Shown here in pieces: positions 24,255 to 35,137 of a DNA stretch of 63,561 bases. Position 1 is the stretch's first letter, and every line of letters begins with the position of its first letter. Both the position numbers and the translations under genes were made by a program. This DNA is from Epiperipatus broadwayi (taxonomy: Eukaryota; Animalia; Onychophora), in assembly GCA_028023455.1 (NCBI GenBank), contig JAQFVV010000004.1:19592001-19655561 (forward strand), read 5' to 3'. The notes beneath the pieces are model-generated. The model ran no database searches, had not been told where the DNA came from, and was given only the letters and a program-made list of their open reading frames with translations.

Positions 24255-27052
24255 TGATTATTTATTTTTTCAGCATATATGTGCTTGAGTGTATCAGTGT
24301 TATTAGATAGACTGGAGAGTGGTGGGTTGTGTAATAATTATTTTACTAAGTTTTTGATGTCTAAAAATGATTTTCTATTTATTTTTATTTTATAAAGCTT
24401 CACTATTTATAAAAACTGAGCTTTTAATATATAGCTATTTATGTGCTACTTTTGAATATTGGGCTTTTTATGATTTTAAAAGTGTTTTGATTTTCAACTA
24501 TAATTAATATATTGTTGTACACAAATCAGCAATGTTCCTGTTTTTTAAGATTTAGAAAACATTTTGATCTTATCTTTTTAATTTAAAAAAAAAAAGTCAA
24601 ACTTTTTTAAAAACACTTTTTGTCAAATAAAAATTCCAAATTAAAATTTCAGAATCAGAATTAAAAAGATAAACTAAAAAAAGAAGAAGATAAACTCACT
24701 CTACTTTAGAGTTATTAAGTAATCAATGAACAATAGGTAATAATAGCTTTATATTCAAATTCACTGATTAGTTTTTAGTATTGACTGCATTAGGTCAGGA
24801 ATGATATTCCACACATTTAGCAACCTCTATTACTACTTTTATAACACTATAATTTAATAACCTGATATTTGAACTTATACAGTTTAACAATAGCTTGTTG
24901 AATTTCAGAAAATTAGGCATGCTAGTACAAAAATGACAAAGATCTGTGAATATAATCCCGCTTGTCATTTATGATACCAATAACTATAGATTAATGGACA
25001 TTTGAATGTAACATTACAATCCAATATCTATTGATTACTCAAGTTTACAGAAGATGGCTATAAAGTAAAACAATGTGAATTATTGCTCTTAATGTAGATA
25101 TAATAATAAGAATGTGAAAATCATGTTGTACTGTTGGCTATAATTCCAGTAGCGCAAATATCAAGTTACTGCTTCTTTTGTTGTTATTATTATTCATGTG
25201 TATTTATATTACGAGAAAACACCTGTTTTTAACTATTAGTTTTAAAATTTAATTTATTCGGTTAAAGTCAGGACAGTATTTTTTTACATAAAAAAAAAAT
25301 ACTGGCAAAAATAATTGCATGTCTATATTGAATATGGTGTGTGTATATATATGATTGTCTACCTATAATTTAAATGTAGTCGCAGTCACGTATTTTGTTA
25401 AAAAATGGTGTGGGCGTTATTTTTAAAATTGAAAAATGACAATAATTTTTAAAAAAAATTATATTGTGCCTCTGGTCATAATAATAACAAGGCAATCTAC
25501 CTCAGACTAAATCCTGTAAACAAGTCACATGTTCTTTTTTTTTTTTTTAAAAAAAAAAAGACAACAACTTAATGAATATCATATATAACCAGGTGTAATT
25601 GTTTAGCTTGCATATTTGCTTCTAAAATAAATTCATTATATATTTTTATTAAAAAAATAAATTGGAAAAAAAAAACGATAACTAAAACAGAATTCTAATG
25701 CATGGTTGGAAACTTTATGAGGAGATTCTTTTAAAAATATTTATTCGTTGTCTGAGTGACTGCTCTATTAAAAAAATAAGAGTTTTTCTTTGGGTATTTA
25801 AGAGAAGGCTTGTTCAGTAGAGGCTACTTTTTCATTTAACCGACTACCATTGATATTGTTTGCTTTTTTATATAGGTTTCACCTTCTGCAGAGTAATAAT
25901 TACAATATAATTTTTCAGTGCATTCTAAATCACTCAAAAAAAAAAAAAAAGCCCTCAGCAGTTACTATTCAGTAATCTATCTCTACTTGTTCTCTACTAA
26001 TAAGCTTAGACAAAAAGCAAAGAACTTTAAATAGAGTTTGGGAAAACTGACCAACACCACTTACACTCCTAAGTTTGTAAGCCCCTCTGTAAAAATTGAT
26101 ATTAAAAACAGGGAACTTCTTTTTAAACTGGAGGAAGTCAATTCCAATCAAATTATAATTTAAAGTATTATATAATTTGTGTTCAATGGACATTAATGTC
26201 AAATTAGATCATCTTTCTTGAATCATATAGTCCTATATAATTTTTTTAAAAATTAACTTTAATTTCAATAAAACCAACACAAACAATTTATGTTATATAT
26301 AAAGTTCTAGCATACAAATTTGATTATAAATTTACCCCAGTATGATAAAAATAAATAAATGTGTATCAAATGTGAAGTTTATTTGTCTACAAATAACTAC
26401 TATGATATAATTATAAAAATGCAGCCTTATTTTGCAAAAAATTTTGATCATAATTTTTTTATAATAGTAATACAGTTTTAAGAATATATTTGAAAATTTG
26501 ATATCTCTAATATATTTTTTGATACATTGACTATTATATTTAATTGATTTAATTATTACAAAATAAAATGTTTCTAAGCGTGGGGCCCCTAAAGGGCAGA
26601 GCCTAGGTAGGTGCTCCATCTTGCTGTTGCTTAAATGAATAAAATAGTAGTAACATTTTGGTGTTGCTATAAATAAAAAAATAGCAAAACATTATTTGTT
26701 TTAATATAAAAAAGTCAGAAGATTAACAACAAATCCTTTAAAGATGAGAAAAGTCTAAAAATTAAAAATAAACAATTGCATGCAAGAAAAATCTTAGTAT
26801 CATACTTAAAAATTATTGAAATTCAGAAAAGAAATAGAAATGCCAATTTGGACTTAATGTAAATTAGATCAATTACCTACAATTGATTGCTAGGTTGTAA
26901 TTAATCTTTAGATATTTCTGTTGCAAAGATTGTATAACCGACACCTATAAATCATTCACATTTCAAAATTTTCAGAGATTGTTTTATAAAATACGAATGT
27001 AATAGAAAATTGTATATAATACAAAATGCTAAACTGGTGTATTAGTTACACC

Positions 27053-27433
27053 ATAGTCAATAATATGTTAAAAAATACTTATCTACAAACAACAAAGATT
27101 ATACAAAATATATAATTATCATAAAAAGGCCTTTTAGAGCAAATTATATTTTTTGCCCTTTTCAATATGTCTCCAGAATACCATGATTTAAAGTACATAT
27201 GGTGACATCTATATCAATATACGAAAGAAGACAGATAAACAAATGGATATCCGACATGATCTATTATCTAATATTTATGCAATCATATTACAAAATTAAC
27301 CTATTATACAAATTGAATGGGTATATAGCCATATATATTAATTAATGATATATATATTAATTTTATGATATTTATATATTTTGTATAATCTTTGTTGTTT
27401 GTAGATATGTATTTTTAACATATGATTGACTAT
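27053..27433. repeat. Inverted repeat, ~73-bp arms, ~235-bp spacer (MITE-like or fold-back)
   Basis: atagtcaataatatgttaaaaaatacttatctacaaacaacaaagattatacaaaatatataattatcataaaa (27053-27126) is mirrored at 27361-27433 with few mismatches. Confidence 0.85.
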
Positions 27434-28325
27434 TGAATACTTGAGGCGCAATATAAAAAGGAATTAGTTCTGATTCTGATTATTTTTCTGTATAGTAGTT
27501 ATACCATTTAGTTTTATATTTATATGAACCAAATTTTCCATTACCAAAATATTTTTATAATATCATCATTACTACTTCAGCACAAATTAAACATTATCAT
27601 ATCTGAATGTTCCAATATTCTATGGATATCAGTTTTTTTTATAAACATATCAATTGATTTATGACAATTTTTAATATTAAAAACAAATATTCCCATTTAT
27701 ATTAGATGATTAAAAAAACTAAAATTAGCATCTCTTTTTATATATTCGCTTTTGTAAATGTTTGCATTTTAAAAAAATGTTCAAACCCTGAAAAACTGAC
27801 CATTTATTTGCTTTTACATATAAATATAATTTGATTGATATAAATATAACATTTGAGATTAAGATTAATAACATCATACAATATGTTTAAAATACTTTCT
27901 AACCTAGCATGAGGCAAAGTGTCTATTTATTTTTATGTCTGATTTATTAACATAGAAGCTTGCCTTAAACACTTTGGTTAAAAAGAATGAATATTTAAAT
28001 TAATCTTGTAATGTATCTGAATATGTTTCAAACTGATTTCTTCTATATAAATGAAGCATGATAATAAACAGTTGCATTATTGTTGCTAGTTATTGTCTTA
28101 TGCTATGTTAGAGAGTATTTTAAATATGTGTTGTATAGTGTTATGAGTCTTAATCTCAAATCTTAGATGTATATATAATATTCTAATATAAATATATTTA
28201 CCACACTAAACTCAATATAAATATAAGGGATGTGAACTCAGACTTTCAAACCCCCTATAGCTATGCACTCCATCTTACTCAACAGATACACACAACCACA
28301 TACATGGGGAAAAGATAAATAATCT

Positions 28326-28365
28326 CCAATATACATATTTCATGCTGAACCAGCACATATCTTGT
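28326..28365 (-). ncRNA. Family R hammerhead relic (CTGATGA core lost)
   Basis: Minus strand: ACAA-gatat-GTGCTG gtt CAGCAT-GAAA-TATGTA-TA-TTGG. Confidence 0.4.
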
Positions 28366-28623
28366 TCCATGTCACCATCTCCCAAACATATATACAATTG
28401 GTGCTAAGTTTATATTAAGATAGCAAATCTTCAAACTTTAATAGAAAGCTTCAATCTTCTCCATTCTCCAACTTTTCAGCCATCCACATCATTGAAAATC
28501 TGATGATGGAATACTCAAATCCCTTGTTGATGTCAGTATTAGGTTTATTAAAGTTTGAAGATTTGCTATCTTAATATAAACTGAGCACTTATTATATATA
28601 TGTGTGGTAAAGGGTAATCTGGA

Positions 28624-28665
28624 CCAAATAATGAGTGCTGATTCAGCATGAAATATGTATATTGG
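28624..28665 (+). ncRNA. Family R hammerhead, degenerate core (ATAATGA)
   Basis: CCAA-ATAATGA-GTGCTG att CAGCAT-GAAA-TATGTA-TA-TTGG. Confidence 0.55.
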
Positions 28666-29093
28666 AGACATTTATCTTTTTTGCAGGTATGGGGTCATGT
28701 GTATCATTTGTATAAGATGGAGTGCCTAGGTGTGGGGAGGTCTGAGTTTAAGTCCCATCTAGTTACACTGGGTTTATTATGGAAAATATACTTATATTTG
28801 AATATTACATATTCAGTGTGTATTCTGCCCATCCCTCTTCAATGTATTTAAATGAACATAGTAAGGTTTTCTATGTGAGGAGTCAGGGTGATGTAAATTC
28901 AACAATGGTATGACAATAATATTGACATTAATAAGGGCTTTCAATGTTCCGTCATCAGATTTTCAATGATATGGATAGTTGTAGAATTGGAGGATGAAGA
29001 ATATTGAAGCTTGTCCATTAAAGTTTGAAGATTTACTATCTTAATGTTAACTGAGTGCTGATTGTACATATGTGTAAGAGGTGGTGATCTGGA

Positions 29094-29135
29094 CCAACTG
29101 ATGAGTACTGGTTCAGCATGAAATGTATATTTTGG
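29094..29135 (+). ncRNA. Family R hammerhead, intact core
   Basis: CCAA-CTGATGA-GTACTG gtt CAGCAT-GAAA-TGTATA-TT-TTGG. Confidence 0.75.
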
Positions 29136-29659
29136 AGATCATTTATCTTTTTTGCATGTATGTGGTCATGTATATCAGTTGTATAAGATGGACTGCATAG
29201 CTGTAGGGAGTTTTTAAGATTGAGTTCAGGCCCCTTTTAGTTATGTTGGATTTAGTATGAAAAATATATTTGAATATTATATATATATATGTGTGTGTGT
29301 GTGTTAAAAAACTCGCAATATTCTATTATAAGATAAGAAAGGAGTTTCACTGACTACTCAAAGTTACAGTAGATGGCTTTAGAAAAGAATAAAAATAACT
29401 CCTACTTACATTAAAAACAACATGAAGTTTCAGAGACAATATATAAAAATTCAAAAGCATATATATAAATGTGGTAGTATAAAAATGTGCATAAGTGTCT
29501 TTCAGTTTTGTAAAAAAATTGTGATGAAAAAATGCACTAATCTTCAGTTGTTTTAAATTGAATGAAAATGCTACTGAAATATTTTAAATGATTTGAACTG
29601 CATACAGAAGTGATAAAAATATTTTCAAGTTGTTTCAGCATTTTTTAAACATAAAAGAT

Positions 29660-29937
29660 GAAAAACAGGCAAAACCTTCTATACATATTGCCACTCAGTG
29701 GAAGCCAGAGTAATCAATGGATGCCAGAAGGCTCCTCATTGATGAAGGTCACAATCCAGAAACTAGTCTGAGGATATTAGAAGAGTAGGCACTAGATGGA
29801 GATTTTATGCATAAACCTTCTGGCATCCAATGATTACTCTGGCTTGCACTGAGTCGTAATATGTATAGAGAGTTTTTCCTGTTTTAATAACAGTTAAGAG
29901 CAAGCATAAGAAATGGTGATCATGTGATGTTTACTGG
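29660..29937 (+). mobile_element. Family 3 fold-back insertion carrying an HHR, nested in mariner, TSD of at least 10 bp
   Basis: Arms aaacaggcaaaaccttctatacatattgccactcagtggaagccagagtaatcaatggatgccagaagg (~29663-29731) and its mirror (~29816-29885), plus an unpaired ~50-nt 3' extension. CATAAAAGAT at 29650-29659 and 29938-29947. Confidence 0.75.
29734..29773 (+). ncRNA. Family 3 hammerhead (core TTGATGA, C3U)
   Basis: CCTCA-TTGATGA-A GG tcacaat CC A-GAAA-CTAG-TC-TGAGG; perfect 5-bp stem I and palindromic stem III ACTAGT. Confidence 0.7.
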
Positions 29938-31943
29938 CATAAAAGATTAATCATGTATAGACATATCAAAAACAACTGGAAGCAAAGAAAACCTGCAGAA
30001 CATTGCTTGAATATTTCAAATTGATCTCTGCGTGCCTATCAGATTTATTAAAGGAATCACTGTCTACCATATCATAATGGAAGGTTTAAAAAAGCAGATG
30101 AGTGCATATTTTATACCTCGTTTATTGACATTTGATTAAAAAGACACCAGGATGAAGAACTAAAGAGATGCACAAAGAACTGCAAATGTGAATCCAGAAT
30201 TCTTTCAAAACATTGTAATGGCTAATGAAATTTGGTGTTACCCATATGAAGTATTAATTAAGAGCTAGAATGCAGAATGATGATTGCCAGAAGGAAAACT
30301 GAAACAATTATGAATGCCAAAAAAAAAAAACAGAATCAAAACATGTATTTATTTTGATCTAAAGATATTATTCACTATGACATTTTTGAAGATCATGCAA
30401 TAAATGCTAACTGTTATTTGGAGGTTTCAAATTATTTTTGGGCTAAAATTTTTTGAAATGAAACTTGAATACTGTGAATAAGGTTTTTGGTCATTGTTAC
30501 ATGATAACACACTATGCCAGTCTACACTATCAAGATGTTGTTTTTTTGGCTAATAAAGCACTGTATGCTTAAATATAAAACCTATTTTTTTGATTCAGCT
30601 CCCATTGACTTTTGGACATTTCTAAAATTAGAGTCAATCAAGAAAGAAGCATGTCATGGTTGGATGCAAAACATTTAGAAGTTTGTGACAAAGTTTCTGC
30701 AGATGATTCTGGTAGAGGATTTTTAAGGATTTGTTTTAAATCATTTTATAACTGTTTCTAGTAGTGTATTGTGTCACAGGAAGCTTATCTTGAATAATCA
30801 ATAGCAAAAATAAAACATAAGTAATACTTGCGTTATAAGTCATATTAGTTAACTTTTTAATAGGAAATACTACATATGAATAAAAACTATTTGGTCTATA
30901 AATATGATCTACATTTAATCCTCATGTTAGTTTCCTATGTTTTTCTACTGTAAACTTTGAAGCCAATGAAATCTTTCCTATCTCACTACATGATAGTAGG
31001 CCAATGAAGAAAATGTTGGTATGATAAGAAGGCATTATCATCAAAACTTATATTTTCTTAAGTTGTAAATGTAAGTGTATTTGTTTTAAATCTTAATTTT
31101 GTTTTTATTTTTGAGATTATTAGTTGAAGATCATTAATTATACGTATATAATCAAAAGCATTTTATATTATTTTATGATGAAATCTGTTTTTATACATGG
31201 AAGTGCTTTAAGTTTATCCTCAATAATGGACTTTTACAAATTATAGAGCTTTCCAGATAAGATTCAGAATGCAATGTAACAGATCATTAAAACAACAATA
31301 ATGTATACAAAAAGTGAATGCTACAAACCAGTCAATCATATAACTAGGACAATGAATTCAGTTTTTCTCAGAAAAGTAGAGGAGCTGGTCATAAAACTGA
31401 ATCCATATGAGAAGAAAACAATATATCATATTCAAAGTGGTAATTCATAATTTGGAATTATAAAACAATAATGCATGTTATCCACTATTTTCTAAGATAT
31501 AAACAAGTATGCTCAACCTCACAACACAAAGTTGCTAGTAGCAGATAATATAAGATTTCATGAGGTAACCAAATGGTTTGGAAGGGTTAGAATTTATTAG
31601 ATCATAGCATTTCTCTATTTGGTGATTGTTCTTGCTAACAACTACACATCTGTGATTTTGTCAACCATATCAGATGGTGAAACATTTTAATTATTGCAAA
31701 CTATATTATTACTAAAAATACGTGAAATAAATATTTTTGACATTTGTTTTTATCTATTTACTAGCAGAAAATATTAGTCAATAAACATCACATGAGCACT
31801 ATTTCTATATGACTACATAAGCTAATGAGCTTGGATTGAAAATATTATTGTGTTTTCAATTTAAGACTCATAGTCTTGTAGTTAAGTAGAGATAAAAGAT
31901 GGCTGCTGGAGGGTTGCATTAGATTGCAGTGGTCTCAGATCTA

Positions 31944-32052
31944 AGGCTCCTCATTAATGAAGATCACAAGCCAGAAACTAGTCAGGATATTGGATGAGTA
32001 GGCACTAGCTTGTACCGAGTGGCAATACTGTATAGAGACTTTGGTCTGTTTA
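31944..32052 (+). mobile_element. Family 3 fragment with degenerate hammerhead (31949-31986)
   Basis: aggctcctcattaatgaagatcacaagccagaaactagtcaggatattggatgagtaggcactag...gagtggcaatactgtatagagactttggtctgttt is homologous to 29729-29885. Confidence 0.7.
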
Positions 32053-33574
32053 AAAAATATTAGTTTCTGGCAGCAAATATATATATATTCATATAAATAT
32101 TTTATGAAGGCAATAAACAATAGACTTCTGATGACATATAATCAAATAGGGTGGTAGATATATAAAAGCATAAAAATTAGATGAGAATAATTCATGTATT
32201 TTTTGACATAAATTAAATATTTAAACAAGATTCATATTTTTGATCTATAAAGTAATTTTTTTCATATAATTATAACATTAACAGGCTACCCTGCACTTTA
32301 TTTTTTATAAAAACTGTATATCAAAATATCTCACCCACAAGGATGTGAGCTCTCTGACATTATAAAATAAATTGAGATATGAACAAATTGGTTTCCTTTT
32401 TAAGCCCCTACATTAAAATAAAAAATTCTAGGAAGAAATCATATAGAACTTTTTTTTTTATTTATTTACAAGTATCTTAAAATAAAACAAAAACGAAAAT
32501 AATATTTCTTTTGAACACTGACATGCTATCAATCAAACATATTAACTAAAGGCAAAGGTGAGTTAAAAGTTTCTTTTGAAGTCCGATTCTGATGAATGTT
32601 AGATATTTTTTATTATTACTATAAGAAAGATTTTTTCCTTTTTTTTTTTTCTAACTTTCTGCAATTAGATGTCTTTAATTTGTAAATATTTTATGAGATG
32701 TTAGTATTTCAAATCTTTTCCTTTTACTTTGTTTAAAATCAGTTTCACCACATCTTTTATTATGTAATTGAATTATTGGAATAGAGAGTAAAATTTGAAG
32801 AGAAGTTCAAAGAATTTAAACTAAAGAGATGAAGATTATGTGAAGAAAGGTCATCATTATAAAAGACCTCTAATGTCATATCACGAATTTAAAATATTTT
32901 TTTTTCTAAGTTTGTGTGATATTGCTTCTGCTGGTGAAATGTCTGATCAACTCAAAGCCAGCAGCAGAATTATAGATGTTTTTTTTTTCCCCATTTATAA
33001 TTTTGTTTGCTTATCATTTTATTTATTTGTTTCACTTTTACAATAAGATTAATCTTATTACACAAAATTCAGATAAGTTGTTCTTCATATTTGTCATTGA
33101 TTGCATTTAATTTAATGTTAACTTTATTATTATTACGTTTTATTATTAGGATTAATTATAGTGTTAGAATGAAGTCACAGGCTAAAAATTAATGGTTTGC
33201 AGCTCTTTGCTGCCTGAACATTATACAATATTTTTAATAATAAATTACTTGATTATTATTATTATTTTTTATTGAATAAAATTTAGAAAAAAAATACTTT
33301 GAAGTAGCGCTTTGCTAGTTGTGATTATGAATCACAATGCTATGACTTTATAACTTAAGGTTCAAATTCATGTAAAATTTGAATTTTTTTTATTATATAA
33401 TTTAGCTGAGGATTTTTAGGCAGTTTTGGATTATTTTTTGTCATATAGCTAGCCTGTAGCCAGTAGAACTATTATCCAATTACTGTTTGGAAATAGATAT
33501 CTAATAATTTTTAGCCAGAAAAAAAGTACTTATTTATATTTTCCTGAAGATTTGTGATGATGGTATTTTAGTTG

Positions 33575-33740
33575 TATTTATATATTGGGACTATTTCCAT
33601 CATCTAATATGAGTATTGAATGTCTTTAAAAAAATTTAACTTTATTTAAATATTCCAAATATATTGATTGTATTTGGAAAATTTTTCTAAAGACATTCAA
33701 TACCCATATTAGATGATGGAAATAGTCCAATATATAAATA
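33575..33740. repeat. Fold-back, ~63-bp arms with an inner hairpin
   Basis: tatttatatattgggactatttccatcatctaatatgagtattgaatgtctttaaaaaaattt is mirrored at ~33678-33740; the spacer holds ttccaaata..tatttggaa. Confidence 0.85.
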
Positions 33741-34568
33741 CTTGCTTATATGTCTATTATTGAATATATTCAGTTATTGCATATTTATTTTGCACTTTTC
33801 AGCATTCTATAAAGATGTTTCAATGATTCAAGCAAATAATGACACAAAGTTCAATCAAAATTTAAGGAAATCAGGAAAGTGAACCCACTTCAGTTTCAAT
33901 AGAGTTTCTATAACAAAAGTGCTAATGTGAAAACTGTTTGGAGAAATTAAACTGAATGTTATTTTCAGCTTGACTGATGGTTTATTAAATAATATTGTGC
34001 ACCATTGTTTGGTTGATCAGTGAAAAATTTAAATGATCTATAATAAATTCAACAGAAAAGATATGTCTTGAAATTGAAGGCATGATCTTTCATGATGAAA
34101 AAATTGTTTTTGTTTTTTTTTGATTAAAGATTTTAGAATGGATAGAATGTTTATAAAAAGTATGATTATTTTGAACAGTACAACATTTATGCAAATGATT
34201 TTCTCTGACACTTATTATTGTAGCTGATTGATGGAATGAATAATAAAATAATTAGATTGGACAAATACAATGTCTTAGGATTGAAAATCTTAAAGTCTTA
34301 AAATTTTAAGACATTCGTTTAAATTTTGTAAAACATTAATAAACTAATTAGTGATGTTTTTAGAAAATAACAATCTGATTTCACAAATTAATTTGTATGA
34401 CTCTTAATCATGATTGTATATTAGCATTTATTTTTTAAATGGTATGTAGTTAATATTGTCAATATATAGGGTATATGAGCACAGACTTTCACATGACCCA
34501 CCACTCTCCACTCTATCTAATAACACTGATACACTCAAGCACATATATGCTGAAAAGATAAATAATCA

Positions 34569-34610
34569 CCAAAAAATATATTTCATGCTAAACCAGCAAT
34601 CATCAGTTGG
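34569..34610 (-). ncRNA. Family R hammerhead, intact core
   Basis: CCAA-CTGATGA-TTGCTG gtt TAGCAT-GAAA-TATATT-TT-TTGG. Confidence 0.7.
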
Positions 34611-35095
34611 TCCAGATTATCATCTCCCACACATATATATTATAAGTGCTCAGATATATATTAAGATAGACAATCTTTTCAGCATATATGTGCTTGAGTG
34701 TATCAGTGTTATTAGATAGAGTGGAGAGTGGTGGGTTGTGTAAAAGTCTGTGCTCATATACCCTATATATTACATATATAGACACAGGTATATAATAAGC
34801 ATGTGTTTCAGTTATTACATTGTAGAGATGTCTGCCTATCCTTGCATATGTATTTAATGGATTATGTCCTGTACATGTGGGGTTCAGATTGACCTTAGGT
34901 CAACATGGGTGTGACAAGAATCTCAGCCTCAGGGTGGTCTTCGAGCATTTCCATCATCAGATTTTCAATTGATGGATGGTTGAAGAGTTGGAGGGTGTAG
35001 TAGATTGGAACCTGTCCATTAAAGTATGAAGATTGTCTATCTTAATATATATCTGAGCACTTATAGTATATATGTGTGGGAGATGATAATCTGGA

Positions 35096-35137
35096 TCAAC
35101 TGATGATTGCTACTTTAGCATGAAATATGTATATTGG
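35096..35137 (+). ncRNA. Family R hammerhead, intact core
   Basis: TCAA-CTGATGA-T TGCTA ctt TAGCA T-GAAA-TATGTA-TA-TTGG; stem II fully Watson-Crick in this copy. Confidence 0.8.

Larger units (their letters stand above)
23548..24332. mobile_element. Family R fold-back insertion with 13-bp TSD
   Basis: Inverted arms 23626-23939 and 24018-24332 (~314 bp). The 3'-complete copy is on the minus strand (23939 to 23548). TSD AATAATTATTTTA at 23535-23547 and 24333-24345. Confidence 0.9.
28185..29280. mobile_element. Family R cluster (diverged subfamily): inverted segment + partial + full monomer
   Basis: Inverted copy at ~28185-28540; + strand partial copy at ~28545-28810 and full copy at ~28815-29280. 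ggaccaa at 28621 and 29091 gives a 470-bp period. Ends in (TA)n(TG)n. Confidence 0.85.
29520..30875 (+). mobile_element. Decayed mariner (Tc1/mariner superfamily) transposon
   Basis: FKLNENATEIF*MI*TAY (N-terminal HTH); SAYFIPRLLT at ~30103-30130 (WVPRLLT); PEFFQNIVMANEIWCYPYE (cf. IVTGDETW.Y.YD); FD.K.IIHY; LLHDN at ~30494; SAPIDFWTFLKL (cf. SPDLAP.DF.LF.KLK). Interrupted by the 29660-29937 insert. Confidence 0.85.

Noticed and set aside
26050-26630. GC-rich words (ggggcccc..cctaggtagg), and G-runs at ~21490, 37450, 52715 and 62835, as hAT MITE ends or G-quadruplexes
   Set aside because: No matching TIR pair or TSD, and no four-tract G4 pattern found.
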